64,000 nt of DNA, from the NCBI RefSeq assembly GCF_028641065.1, contig NC_073381.1, positions 18,662,001-18,726,000 on the forward strand, in the 5' to 3' direction. The first letter of the stretch is position 1. Every line of letters begins with the position of its first letter. Under the pieces are notes generated by a model. The model was given only the letters and a program-made list of their open reading frames with translations, searched no databases and was not told the origin of the DNA. Both the position numbers and the translations under genes were made by a program. Below are positions 14,790 to 28,606 of this stretch, one piece after another. This DNA comes from Leucoraja erinacea. Its lineage: Eukaryota.

Positions 14790-15030
14790 GTAGTTCAAAG
14801 TTTAATTGGTGCTTGTTGTGTTCAATAGCCTGATGGTTGTTGAGAAGCTGTTCCTGAACCTGGAGGTCACTGTTTTCTGACTCCTATACGCCCTTCCTGA
14901 TGGCAGGAGTGAAATGAGAGCATGGACAGGGTGGAAACGGATCCTATAGATCCCTTTGATGGTGGGGAGGTCATTACCCGTGATGGACCAGGCAGTAGCC
15001 ACCACTTTTTGTAATCTCCTTTGGTCCTGC
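14790..15030 (-). mobile_element. Rex1/Babar LINE 3' fragment
   Basis: Translates HALISLLPSGRAYRS...TSRFRNSF..TIRLLN, a typical Rex1 C-terminus. Confidence 0.65.
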
Positions 15031-16099
15031 GCATTCCAAATCTAACCATCCATTTCTAACGTTTCTGATTTGGAAATTTTCTGAAAACTTCTCCCTTTAT
15101 TTTGCTTTATATGAATTACAGTCCAGGGACTGTCACAATCTTAGTCATAGCCCATCAGTTTCAATTTTGTCAACATTTCCATTATTGGCCTTTAGCCTTT
15201 AATCCCAGCACATTCCAGTCCAAGTGCACTGATTTTTGATTTATCTCTCTTCTTGGCTATGCTCAGCTTCATTATGTCAATCCTAGCAATGCTTTTTAAA
15301 ATCCCTTCTAATCTGGAAGTTAAAGATTTCATCTGAACTATGCTTGATTACAATAATTGACTTTGTGAAGATGACGAGACCAAATGGATGGGCTTTTATA
15401 AACGGAAATCTAGATTCAGCTTGTAAATCCAAGAAGCATATGACATCTCTCAAAATACAAAATGATTTTCAACAAATTACATCAAACATTATTGGAACAG
15501 GGTTGAACCTTAAAAGAAAGATTTGGTTATCGAAATTTTGAACAGCAATTGATTTTTCTCAAATGAACTATCAGCTAAAGGAACGGATAGCTTGTCAAGA
15601 AATAGAGAAGGGTACGCCTCTATTCAATGGAAGAAATACCAAAATTAAAAATCAAAATGGGAAAGCAGCGTTTGTATATATCAAGTAAGTTAAATTTGAG
15701 ATATTGGAAGCAGAGCTTTATTTCCTTTAGCTTTGAATTACTAAATCAAATTTCAGGCACTCCTTTAGCAAAGGTTTTACTGGTAGAAGAATAGATTCCC
15801 TCCATATCATTCATAAGTGAACATATCTGGTACTGTCAGAAATATCATTGACAAAGAAAGCATTTGGGGCTGGAGCTAGGAATGGCACTGCTGCAAATAA
15901 ATCTAAAAATTTCTCAACAAACCCATTAAAAAACAAAACAAAAATGCTGAGTAGCCAATCGTATTTTGTCCAAAGAACAGTGTATGGTCGAATCTTGCAT
16001 TTGGAATATAACTTGGATCATTCACTGCGACAGCAGCTATTTCTCAAACTGCTGCAAATTTTAAATTCCTGACTACCTGGCCAGCACAAATGAACCATT

Positions 16100-18675
16100 C
16101 TAAGTTCATAAGTAATAGGAGCAGAATTAGGCCATTCGACCCATCAAGTCTTTTCCACCATTCAATCGCAGCTGATCTATCTTTCCCTCTTAACCCCATT
16201 CTCCTGCCTTTCCTCCCAAATCCCTGACATCCATACTAATCAAGAATCGATCTATCTCTGCCTTAAAAATATTAATTGATGGCCTCAACAGCCTACTGTG
16301 GCAATGAATTCCAGATTCAATACCCTCTGGCTAAAGAAATTCCTCCTCATCTCAATAGACGCGGGAGTAGGCCACTCGGGCCTTCAAGCCAGCACCACCA
16401 TTCACTGTGATCATGGCTGATCATCCACAATCAGTACCCCATTCCTGCCTTCCCACCATATCCCCTGACTCTGCTATCTTTAAGAGCTCTATCTAACTCT
16501 CTCTTGGAAGCATCCAGAGAATTGGCCTCCACTGCCTTCTGAGGCAAGGAATTCCACAGATTCATAACTCTCTGCGATGAAAAAGTTTTTCCTCATCCCC
16601 GTTCTAAATGGCCTACCCCTTATTCTTAAACTGTAGCCCCTGGTTCTGGACTCCCTCAACATCGGGAACATGTTTCCTGCCTCTGGCATGTCCAATCCCT
16701 TAATAATCTTATATGTTTCAATAAGATTACCTCTCATCCTTTTAAATTCCAGACTATACAAGTCCAGCTTATACAAGCCCATTCTATCACCATATGACAG
16801 TCCCGCCATCCCGGGAATTAACCTTGTGAATCCTCAATAACAAGAATGTTATTCTGCACCCCCTCAATAACAAGAATGTTCTTCCTCAAATCTGGAGTCC
16901 AAAACTGCACACAATACTCCAGGTGTGGTCTCACTAGGACCCTGCACAACTGCAGAAGGACCTCTTTGCTCCTATACTCAACTCCTCTTGTTATGAAGGC
17001 CAACATGCCATTCACTTTCTTCACTGCCTCTGCTACCTGCATGCTTACTTTCAGTGACTGATGAACAAGGACCCCCAGATCTCGTTGTACTTCCCCTTTT
17101 CCCAATTTGACAGCATTCAGATAATAATTTGCCTTCCTGTTTTTGTCACCAAAGTGGATAACCTCACATTTATCCACATTAAACGGCATCTGCCAATTCA
17201 CCCAACCTGTCCAAGTCACCCTGCATTCTCATAGCATCACACTGCCACCCAGCTTTGTGTCATCTGCAAATTTGCTAATGTTACTTTTAATCCATCCATC
17301 TAAATCATTAATCCATATTGTAAATAGCTGTGGTCCCAGCACCGAGCCTTGCTGTACCCCACTAGTCACTGCCTGCCATTCTGAAAGGGATCCGTTAATC
17401 CCTACTCTTTGTTTCCTGTCTGTCAACCAATTTTCTATCCATGTCAGCACTCTACCCCTAATACCATGTGCTAATAGAGATTTGCCCACTAATCTCCCAT
17501 GTGGGACCTTATCAAATGCTTTCTGAAAGTCCAGATACACTATATCCACTGGCTCTCCCTTGTCCATTTTCCTAGTTACATCCTCAAAAAATTCCAGATG
17601 ATTAGTCAAGCATGATTTTCCCTTCGTAAATCCATGCTGATCCGGACCGATCCTGTTACTGCTATCCAAATGTGCCGGTATTTCATCTTTTATAATTGAC
17701 TCCAGCATCTTCCCCACCACTGATGTCAGCCTAACTGGTCTATAATTCCCTGTTTTCTCATTCCCGCCTTTCTTAAAAAGTGGGATAACATTAGGTACCC
17801 TCCAACCCACAGGAACTGATCCTGAATCTTTAGCACATTGGAAAATTATCACCAATGCGTCCACAATTTCTAGAACCACTTCCTTAAGTACCCTGGGATG
17901 CAGACCATCAGGCCCTGGGGATTTATCAGCCTTCAGTCCCATCAGTCTGCCAAAAATACCATTTCCTGCCTAGTGTGCATTTCCTTCAGTTCCTCCGTCA
18001 CCCGAGATCCTCTGGCCACTAGTACATCAAGGAGATTGTTTGTGTCTTCCTTAGTGAAGACAGATCCAAAGTACCTGTTCAACTCATCTGCCATTTCCTT
18101 GTTCCCCATAATAAAACCACCTGTCAGTCTTCAAGGGTCCAACTTTGATCTTAACTAATTTTTTCCTCTTCATATACTAAAGAAGCTTTTACTATCCTCC
18201 TTTTATATTCTTGGCTAGCTTACCTTCGTACCTCATCTTTTCTCCCCGTATTGCCTTTTTAGTTATCTTTTGTTGCTCTTTAAAAGTTTCCCACTCATCT
18301 TTGCTGTTATATTTCTCTTTTATTTTTATACTGTCCTTGACTTCACTTGTCAGCCATAGTCGCCCCTTACTCCCTTTGGAATCTTTCTTCCTCGTTGGAA
18401 TGAACTGGTCCTGCACCTTCTGTATTATTCCCAAAAATATCTGCCACTGTTGTTCCACTGTCATCCCTGCTAGGTTATCTTTCCAGTCAACTTTGGCCAG
18501 CTCCTCCTTCATGGCTCCATAGTCCCCTCCGTTCAACTGTAATACTGACACTTCTGATTTTCCCTTCTCCCTCTCCTTTCTAAAGGAAAGTCCTTTAATT
18601 CTGAGGCTATGACCTATGGTCCTAGACTCTCCCACTAGTGGAAACATCCTCTCCACAGCCACTCTATCCAGGCGT
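16100..18675 (-). mobile_element. CR1 LINE, 5'-truncated, frameshifted ORF2 (RT)
   Basis: Motifs [49 protein letters not shown] and LVRPHLEYCVQFW. Duplicated 3'UTR segments. Confidence 0.92.
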
Positions 18676-18756
18676 TAAAGAGACAGATTACCTTAGAGAG
18701 TCAAAATGGTTAAAGAAATGAGTTGATAAAAAAAAGGTAGCGATCAAGAACAAACA

Positions 18757-18880
18757 AGGGTGGCATGGTGGTGCAGCGGTTGAGTTGCTGCCTTACAGCG
18801 TCAGAGACCTGGGTTTGATCCTGACTATAGGTGCTGTTTGTATGGAGTTCGTACATTCTCTGTGTACCCTCATGTTTCTG
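18757..18880 (+). mobile_element. HE1-like SINE fragment
   Basis: gggtggcatggtggtgcagcggttgagttgctgccttacagc...gggtttgatcctgac. Confidence 0.65.
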
Positions 18881-18899
18881 AAGCAAACAGGAGGGCAGT

Positions 18900-19420
18900 T
18901 ATCACCATTCCCTTATATACTTCTGAGGGATGGATGACTTACAATGGGTACCTCTAAGCACGGAAGAGATACTCAGAATTCTGTCTCTGCAAAATCCTCC
19001 AAATTGACTGGCAGGATAACCAACCAATTTAACCATCCTCTCTCAGGATGATATTGACATCACAGGCCGTTCCAATGGGAATTCTACATTGATTGCATGT
19101 CTGACATCGGACTCCCAAAATACACATTCTACCCTGAGTTTTATCAGGGCAAGGAATTAACAGGTGGACACAGGAAACAACTCAGAATGCCCTCAAAGCC
19201 ACCTGACTCATGGGAATCCTTAAGCCATGATAGCTTAAAATGAAGCAACAGCTCGAGGCAAGAACCTCAGGAGCACAGAGAAGCCGAGGATAAATAACAG
19301 ACCACTTCTCATGATAATTGTCATCTCCTCTTTCAAAAACATCCTGCCCTTGTGTGGTAGAGTCTGTAGAGTCTGTTAGTTGTGCATTGGCCTCCTAAAT
19401 CACCTGAAATCCACTGAAAT
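18900..19420 (+). mobile_element. Old RTE-clade LINE 3' end
   Basis: Degenerate MSDIGLPK motif and terminal CPLCGRVC...IGLLNHL zinc-finger-like end. Confidence 0.5.
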
Positions 19421-22400
19421 GAAGGTCATCTTCACACTCAGTAGATTACCCAAATGTTGTATATATAGAAATTATTCTCAGTCATTTATTGTAGCATGGG
19501 AATCTGGGGAATAATCCAGTCATTTATTTCTTGCCTGCTGCAGTTTTGTTACTGTTTTGAGTGATGCCAATATAGAAATCTGCGCAAACTAATGATCAGA
19601 TTTCCAATCCTCATATACACAAGGCATCACTTATTTTCATGAGTAAGCTAAAGAACAAGCCATGCAAATTTGAAGGAAATTGCTTTCTGGCATTAAAAGA
19701 TAGAAACAAAAATAGAAAACGCTGGAAACACTCATGTCTGACATAATCTGTAGATAATCAGAATTAACATTTCAGATGTTACTCCCTTCATCGGGTTTGT
19801 ATTTCTGGCTTTCAAGCCTCATAACATCAAAATCACTTTTCAGCCAATTGAGAATGAAGTTATTATCACTGCTGCAATGTTAAAAACACAGCCATGAAAT
19901 TCTACACAATATAATAATCAGTTAATATATTGTATTAATGATCAATAAGAGAGAGAAATATTAGGCAGGGTATCTTGTTATCACCCCTACTCTTCCTCAC
20001 ATTGTGTCATGTGGTCGCTTAATACACTTTGTTAATGTTCATGGCCCAGATCTAACCTGCCCTATGGTTTGAAGGCAGAGGCCAATTTCAAAACTTCCCA
20101 TATCTATAATGATTAAAATATTTTGCCCATTTTATGCCTTCAGTTCAGCAGTGGCATTGAAATGAGATAAATCTAAAGAGACAAATACATTAAGAGACTC
20201 TGAAGGATAAGAATTTAATGAAACCCCATTTAGTGCATTAAGGCAGAAAGTTGATTTTTTAAATTCCATTAGCTTTGATCTGCATTTGAACGTGGGATGA
20301 TTGATTAACTGGATAGGATACTTTCACATTCTGTTATGCTTGATTAACCACTAAAACGAATTATGCAATAAAGCGGTACAATTCAATTATTTAATTCTCC
20401 GAATTAGCCACCTGAAATATCCAGTGTCATCTATAATTTGTAAGTGGGAGGAGGATGGATGTGGGAAGGGATAGGGGAAATCTCACATCTTGGATCAGAA
20501 AGTTGTCCATTACTCACTCGAGACTTTAAAACATTACCTACTATAATACCAGAGGTATTATCTTTCAGTCGAAACATTAATCCACCATCATCACGGCCCT
20601 CTCCAGTAGACATGAAAGATATCATAGAACCATCTGGAAGAACAACATTTGAGTTCTCCCCAGTTCTAAAATTATAATTTCAGAACCCATTAATTTCACA
20701 ACAGATTATTTGACAATTATAACATTGTTACGTAGGCACTACTGTGCAAAAAGATTATTGCAACATTTTCTTTTTTTAAATAATAGCAACAACAAAGTGT
20801 ATATAAAATGCTTTTGAACGTTCTATGGTTGTAACAGATACCAGATAAATGCAAAATACAAAGTGATGGAATAACTCCGAGTCAAGCAGCATTTGTGGAG
20901 GGAATGGATAGGGTTGGAACCCTTCCTCAGACTGATTCATGTTTATTCTTCCTAACTATATATTTCTAGCAGACAGAGCTGGACACAAAAAGTTGACATT
21001 GTCATAAATAATCATTTTTCTGAATAATTTACATCTTGCGATAAGATTTTGAGTTCAAGAGGAACTATATATGTTTAGCCTATCTTCTGTTGGTTAAGAA
21101 TGGCCTAACTTACTCAAACTGGAGTCTCTTGATACACTCACACCTTCTGAAAAGAAAGTGAGGGAGTACTAGTTCCAGAATGTACACCAATATTAAAATG
21201 AATTATACATTCTATTGTATGGTCTCATGTATTGCAACATCACATATATTCCTAAAAATATTTGCGAGTGAAGCCTAGATTACAACACAAAAATGATGAT
21301 TCAAGATTCAACATATCCTTGCTGATATGCCAGATAACTGATGAAATGTAACATTCAACTATGGTAACAACATATCCAAAATTCTAGCACACTGCTGTGA
21401 AAATAATTTACAAACACAAGAAACACGGACCTTGGAATACAATTTTAATGGAGTGAGTCCGTTACAATACTAAGATTTGCCTTTAAGGAGATTAAAAAAA
21501 GATGATTAATTTCTAGTATTGACCTCCAAGCAGTTTGGTTATAAAAGCTATGGAATAGCCATAATGAATGAGAATGGGAGAAAACATTTAATAAGGTCTA
21601 CATCTGAGCAATGTACAAGCTGTGGAGGATATAAATGCATTTATTTATCTGCCAATGACCACAAACCCTCATTTATCAGCAGCAATATTACAATAGCTAC
21701 AATGAGGTTAACCTTGATTTTTTTCATGCTCGCTGAGATAGGAGCATGGAAACCAATGTAATGGGATAAGATAGACACAAAAAGCTGAAGTAACTCAGCG
21801 GGTCATCTCTGGAGAGAAGCAATGGGTGACGTTTCGGGTCAAGACCCTTCTTCAGGCTCTACTGGCAATTACTGTAATGGCATTACAGAACATCTTAATT
21901 AAAATTAATTAGGTGCAGACCAGAATTTCTGCAAATATCACCCGTTGTATTTCCAGTATATTCAGTAATGCCCAATAATTATGTAACATAATAAAAAAGA
22001 AAATACTAGTAAATATTAAGTATTTATTTGCCTTAAGGAAGGTTTACATAAGTCAAAGAGATTCATATTATTCACAGTAATGTGACCTGACATTAATCAG
22101 TACTGTATTCAAGTGGCTAAGCATTCAAAGTAATATCTAAGGTGAGCAACAGCCAGAAAACTGTATGAACACCGGATTAGTAATCATGCTCACCCTTTTC
22201 ACGCAAGGCTAAAGATAAATTGATCGACTCTGAATGTTAGGGTCATTCGTTGACATGATAAAACAACTTTGCTGTTATCCCTATAGAAGATTGCCTATGT
22301 ATTCAATTCAAACAAAACATTCCACACAGTAAATCAAACAGGACTAGGGCGTAGTGACTCATGCGTACTGATACAGCATGATGATCCAAGTTCAGCATTA

Positions 22401-22503
22401 AATTGTTTGCCAAGACTGCTGGAAACAGAATCTTGTGATCCCATACCCATAAGGGATTTCAAACACAGCTGCAGGCACGCACGCCCGTCCGTCCATCCAT
22501 CCA

Positions 22504-23333
22504 TCTGTATATTACTAAAACTCTCATCTTGTTTGTTTGTGAGTCTGTCTGTGTGCGAGCGTAGACATGCCTTGAATTACGCCAAAACGGTACACGACAG
22601 CACTACAATTTTGGCCCACCTTATTCACCATTGTCTATGAGTGTGGTCAAGTTCCGTTCAGATTGATGTTATATTTTACAAGTTATTCATATTTTTAACA
22701 TTATAAAATCCGACTTTGAGAACATTTTCTTCCATCTGCACTGCGGGTTAGCGGCTATGATGTCACAATGGGATCTAATTTACATAAACTGCCCGTCAGC
22801 AGTGTTCCATTGGCAGTTAGCAGCATATGATGTCACAATGGGATCTCATTTACATACACTGCCTGTCAACAGTGTAATGAGAGATTTGTTACATTGTTGT
22901 AAGGAGAGGGATGGTGTGGGGGAGGGGGAGAAATGTTATTTAAACATTATATTTAGTGGCAGAGTGGGATAGGCGGAGGTGAGGAGTGGGGGAGCAGGGA
23001 GATAGAGGGAGAGGGGGGTAGGGAGGGTATAGGGGATATGGAGGGAGTGAGGGAGGGAGAGGCAAGGGAGGGAGTGAAGGAGGGGAGGAGAGAGAAGGGG
23101 GAGGGTGAAGAGGAGGGGTGAAGAGGAGGGGGAGAGACTGATGGGGGATGAGGAAAAATGAGCCGCTCCTGCGCAGTTGGGGGCTATGGATGAGTGTGAA
23201 ATATTGCGTTGGGGGAATGGGATGAGTTGGGGGGAAACGGGTGAGTGGTGTAAACGGGTTGTGTTGGGGGAACGGGTGAGTGGTGGAATATTGCGTTGGG
23301 GGAACGGGGCCCAACGGTTCCCACTTGGTCTAG
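22504..23333 (+). mobile_element. Non-autonomous Helitron
   Basis: Starts A|TCtgtatattactaaaa and ends in hairpin ggggcccaacggttccc followed by cttggtCTAG|T. Confidence 0.75.
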
Positions 23334-23345
23334 TATATATATTTA

Positions 23346-23766
23346 TCTATATAATATTAAAACTGTGTGTGTGTCTGGCTGTGTGTGTTTCTGACTTGTG
23401 GCTGCCACCCTTTGATTCGTTGCTACGCCAACGCCCCACCCACAAACGCCCTGATTTTTTCCATTTCGGTAGAGATTTCACTTTTCATTCCAAGTATCCA
23501 CTCCTCATTAAATTTTGTCATCTTTATGTACACGTTTTTAATAAAATCCTTCTCTCCCCACCACTCACTCATTTTGTCGCCTCCTGCTGGCCAGCAACCA
23601 TAACGGCTGCTGGCGCCCGCATCTCGCCTCAAAGACGCCATTTAAAAACAGCCGCACTGCTGATTCCTGAGGCGCTTGAGTTGGAGGACCACGTCTCCCG
23701 TGTGGGCTACAGGCAGGGAACGGCTGCGTTGGGGGAGCAGACCCAACGGGTCTGCACTTGATCTAG
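23346..23766 (+). mobile_element. Non-autonomous Helitron
   Basis: Starts A|TCtatataatattaaaact. Hairpin gcagacccaacgggtctgc precedes CTAG|T. Confidence 0.75.
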
Positions 23767-24513
23767 TATATACTAAAATGCTTCCCTTTGTTCTTAACAT
23801 TCTAAATATCTGTGTGTTTGCAGGGTTGTGTTGGCTTTCTTTTAATCTCCTTAATTTGTATCTTCTTCCAAAAGCTAGGCCACAGCCTTCCTATTTTCAG
23901 ACATGCTACTCATATTTTTTCAGCCCACTGGATAAATATCTTCCCGTCGCATTTCAACCTATATTTAACAAGTTTCTAACCTTTTAAAAACAGCTTCAAA
24001 ATATTACTGTTTTCAACATTCTCATTTTCAAGAAAAAAAATTCCGACTGACATCACAATCAACTCGAAAAATCAGATCAAGTTGCAGTGGCAGTTAGCAG
24101 CTATGACGTCACAATGGAATCTCATTTACATAAATGGCCGGCTTAACTTTCCTCTGTAAAAAATCCAATTGTCCTGCCCATTACAATGTTGTAAATCACA
24201 GGACACTGAGTTTTGGCAGCAAGGGCAATTGGATTTTTTAAAGTGAAAAATCAAATTTTCAAAGTTTAAAAAGAGGGAGGGGGTGAAGAGGGGGAGGGAG
24301 TGCTGGGGTTAAGGGGAAATGAGCCACCCCCGCGCAGTTAGGGGCTATGGGTGAGTGCTGGAATATTGCATTGGGGAACGGGTTGCGTTGGGGGACCAGG
24401 CCTTCCGTGGGGGGCCAAGGGTGAGTGGTAGAATAATGCATTGGGGAAACGGGTTGCGTTGGGGGACCAGGCCTCCCGTGTGACAGGGACCCAACGGGTC
24501 CCACTTGGTCTAG
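23767..24513 (+). mobile_element. Non-autonomous Helitron (5' end disrupted)
   Basis: Start tatatactaaaatg. Hairpin gggacccaacgggtccc, then cttggtCTAG. Interior similar to 22504-23333. Confidence 0.65.
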
Positions 24514-24924
24514 CAAATAATAAAATGGAGTTGTTACATAAAAGGCATTGTCACGCAATGACCAATTACCAATGTAATCCATGGTTTTCTAAGTAGAGAA
24601 GAACCAGCTTATTTGATGCTTCACCTAAATCAATTACAGATTTAATTGGAGGAACAATGCCTCATATTCCATTTGACCCTGGTCTTTAAATGCCAGACAT
24701 TTAATCGAATAATAGTCGCGTCCTCACCAGGAAGCGGCTGAAGGACGGTATCCCCCGCACCGTGCCCTCTTCCCCCACATAAAGACATTAAAAAAATCAT
24801 AAAAAATACACTTCACATAACTAAAAAAACAAAAAAACAAAAAGATACCCGGCTGAAAGTGGAGGCTGCTGGCACCAGCGCCACCGGAAGTACAATAATC
24901 AAGAAAACGTCTTTGAAATACCAT

Positions 24925-26310
24925 TAAATTAACACATGTCTCTGATACTTCCAGTATTATCAGTTTTGGGTCTGGCTCTCGTGGAATTTTCAGTGTTTTA
25001 GAAGTAACATTAAAGACTTCCGTCCAAAAGTTTTCTATTTTTGTACAAAGTACAAAAGTATGGGTTAAGGTGGCTTCTGGAGAGTGACATTTATCTCAAA
25101 GGGGAGAAACACTGGGGAGGATCTTGCTCAATTTGGTCTTTGAGTAATATAACCTGTGCAGTACTTTAAACTGTATCAGGCAATGTCTGGCATTTAAAGA
25201 ACAATGATGTATGTATTGTCGGCCTTCGTCCCATATATCCTTGGAGATATGTTGACCCATCACATCCTCCCATGAACGTCTATAAATCTTAGAAGATGGA
25301 GTTGGGGTGAGAGATTGCAATCTTCACGTGGTCCGCCCTGTTTCAATGAGTGCAACCAACCTGGCGTTCACAATCAAGTAAGATAAAATAGAACAAGTTG
25401 TCCTACAACTTTAGGCTGTGCACGCCATCGCAAGAAGAAGAAGATGGAGTGTCGACGTTTTGGAGGCCATTGTAAATGTGGGAAATCAACTTCTCTGTAT
25501 CTGCGTGTCTATTCAAACATTCATCTAGTATATCTGGACCTACAGAGGAGCAGTCTTGTATGTATGTTCTCAGGTAATCCCTAACTTGGAGGTATCTGAA
25601 AAACGTATTAGTGTTCAAATCATATTTCTCCTGCAGTTCTTGAAAGGAAGAAAGAGTCCCCTTCTGATGGAGGTCTCTCACTGTATTGATTCCCTGATTC
25701 TTCCATTGAACAAAAACCACATCAAGAGTGGATGATTTAAAAGAGGGATTATTTGCAATGGGGAGAAGGAGAGACATGTTTCTCAGTTTGAGTTTCAACT
25801 GGAAACGATACGGATAGTACTGTGTATTATCGGGTTATGCTCATACATTTAACTTACTCAGGGATATTGGAGACAGGACAATTGAACCTATACAGAAAGG
25901 CGAACATTCTTCCCTTTCCATTTTTAGCCAGTTTGCCTGTTGATATGAATCATCCAGCCAAAAAATTATAGTTTTAATATTGGTAGCCTAATAATAAAAG
26001 AGGAAGTTAGGTAAGACTAATCCTCCATTCTCTTTGGATTTACACAAATGTATTTTGTGTATTCGGTGGATTTTATAGTCAAAGATGAAATTAGTGACCA
26101 TGGAATCGATTTTTTTTTTTAAACGTTTATGGAGATGTATCGGTATTGACTGGAATAAGTATAAAAGTTGCGGAAGGAAGATCATCTTTACGGCATTTAG
26201 TCTACCGAGAAGAGAGCTAGGCAGTGTTTTCCAAAATTGAATATACGTATAAAGTTTAGTAATTAATGGTTGGAAATTTGTTTTAAACAAAAGGGAGTAT
26301 TTTCTGGTAA
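24925..26310 (-). mobile_element. L1/Tx1-clade LINE ORF2 C-terminal relic
   Basis: Motifs GRLNAVKMIFLPQLLYLFQSIP, LCKSKENGGLVLPNF, FFRYLQVRDY and QFKVLHRLYYSKTKL. Confidence 0.8.
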
Positions 26311-27560
26311 CATAATGCTGCAATTTTTGACAACCTTCTTTACTATCTACTTTACCACCCACTTTAGTGTCGTCTGTAAACCTACTAATCATACCTTGTA
26401 CAATCTCATCCAAATAATTAATATAAATGAGATACAGCAATGGGCCCTGCACCGAACCCCGAGACACATCATTAGTCACAGGCCTCCAGTCTGAAAATCA
26501 ACCTTCCACCATCAAGCTCTTCTTCCTGCCATGAAGCCTCCTATGGGCGGCTCTGTGGCGCAGTGGTAGAGGAGTTGCTGCCTTACAGCCCTTGCAATGC
26601 CGGGGACCCGGGTCCGATACTGACTACATGTGCTGTCTGTACGGAGTTTGTACTTTCTCCCTGTGACCGCGTGGGTTTTGTTCGATATCTTCGGTTTTTC
26701 TCCCACAATCCAAAGATTTGCAGGTTTGTAGGTTGCTTGGCTTGGGTTTGTATACTTCGTATAAGTGTAAATTGTCCCTAGTGTGTGTAGACTTGTGTTA
26801 ATATGCGGAGATTGCTGGTCAGTGCGGACTCATTGGGCCTGTTTCTCTAAAATATATAGCCACTTTTCTATCCAGTCTGCTATCTTCCCTTCAATCACAT
26901 GCTATCTAACCTTCCAGAGTAGCCTACCATGCGGAAACTTCTCAAATGCTTTGCTGAAATCAAGGTCTACAGCTCTTCCCTCAACAACCTTTTTGATCAC
27001 ATCTTCAAAAAACTCAAATACATGCAACATGATGTCCCACATACAAAACCATGCTGACTATTCCTAATCAGCCTTTGTCCATCTAAATTCAGATATATCT
27101 TATCCCTCAGAATACTCTATCCAACTTTCCAACCACAGATGTTAGACCCACTGGTCTGTAGATTCCAGGCTTTTCCCTATAGCCCTTCTTAAATAGAGGC
27201 ACAACATTTGCCACCTTCCAATCTCCCGGCAACTTACCCGTGACAACTCCTAAATCTTGGCCAGGCCATCTGCAATTTCCTCTCTAGCTTCCTTCAGTGT
27301 CCTCGGATATATCCAATCAGGCCCAGGAGGTTTGTCTACCTTCATAGACATTAGGGCCTTCAACATCATCTTGATCATAATACTGATTGCACTCAAAACA
27401 CTTCCATTGACTTTCCCAAGTTCCCCAGTCCTCATATCTTTCTTCACAGTAAGAACAAAGGAGAAATACTCATTGAGGACCTTGCCCATCTCCTGTGGCT
27501 CCAGAGTTGACAGTTTCAATATTATCTGCCAGAGCTATCTCCTGTCCCCTTTTCACCCTC
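26311..27560 (-). mobile_element. CR1 LINE fragment interrupted by a SINE
   Basis: Motifs SRFTDDTKVGG, QGPLLY, DKPPGPDWIYPRTLKE and EMGKVLNEYF. Confidence 0.75.
26545..26850 (+). mobile_element. HE1-like SINE, near full length
   Basis: tRNA head gggcggctctgtggcgcagtggtaga...ggtccgatactgac, V-like core ggagtttgtactttctccctgtgaccgcgtgggtttt, and CR1-like tail gggcctgtttc. Confidence 0.75.
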
Positions 27561-28515
27561 CTGATTTTCTTTTTTTTTAGCATGCTCCTCAGTTCCCAAA
27601 ACTCCTCCAGGGAGTGTTTGAGTGGTATATGGTTGGTCAAAGGCCAGAGATGAAAAGACACAGTGAGACAAGGAGATGATAGAAGATGTGCAAATTGTGA
27701 AGCCAGAGGAAGGAACGTAGGTGGATGGGGACGTAGAATCGCTGACGTCTGCTTCTATCACAGAGGACAGACTATCAACTGACGTCTACTAGAAACCCAC
27801 AGAATCCCACTGTTTTCTGAACGACACCTCTGCCCACCCTGTCTCTTGCACAAACACTATCCTTTACTCTCAATTACTCCATCACCATAATATCTGCTCC
27901 AAGATGAGGCTTTCCATTGTAGGATATCTGAGGTCCGCTTTCTTTAGTAAACATGGTTTTCATAGATGGATCCCTCACCCACACAGTCACTGAGATCACA
28001 AATGGTGGGGATATCAAGGTCTTTCCTCTCTTGTTAAAATTGGCTTTGGCAAGAATGAGGAATGTTGCACAGATTCTCATTCGCATCATTTATTAATTTA
28101 ATTTCTGGCAGAGCGTGGTTAGAAAATTGTTCGATTGTTGAATGCGCATTTACTGAATCTGCTAAAAATGTGGCACCAGATCAAAAGAGCAAACTATTTG
28201 CCCAATAATCATTTCTACAAGTAAAAAGTGAAACGTCGCACACAGTTCATTTTCTTCAACACGGCCCACTCCGCATACCTTTAAAAGTTAACACGCAGAC
28301 ATGTATCTTTCAGTTACATTAATAACACAAGCACAAAGAATGCATTATACATGACTCGTGCAGTTTCTTTAAGTGCATCTCCAAAGCTTTTCAGAGAGAA
28401 AACTCTTATAGCTTCAAGAATTTTAAATCTCCTATAAATTACACACAGATCTCTCAACAACAAAAGAACATGTGAATTAACACAAACAAAAATTTTGAAA
28501 AGGTAGATCACCAAC

Positions 28516-28606
28516 CTGAAGCTCTCTCTTGTTGGACAGGTATCTTCCAAACAAGGGGAAGAAGTGACAGGAGTAAGGTAAGTAATTCCTCTCGGCAAGT
28601 TAATTC
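28516..28606 (-). CDS. LYST: LYST coding exon 2 (91 bp; [30 protein letters not shown])
   Basis: Not in the ORF track; translated by hand. Matches [28 protein letters not shown]. Acceptor ttttcatAG, donor GTTGGT. Phase 0 in and phase 1 out, fitting both neighbours. Confidence 0.95.

Noticed and set aside
22270-22285. gctgttatccct resembles mitochondrial 16S rRNA (numt)
   Set aside because: Only about 12 nt, with no extension on either side.
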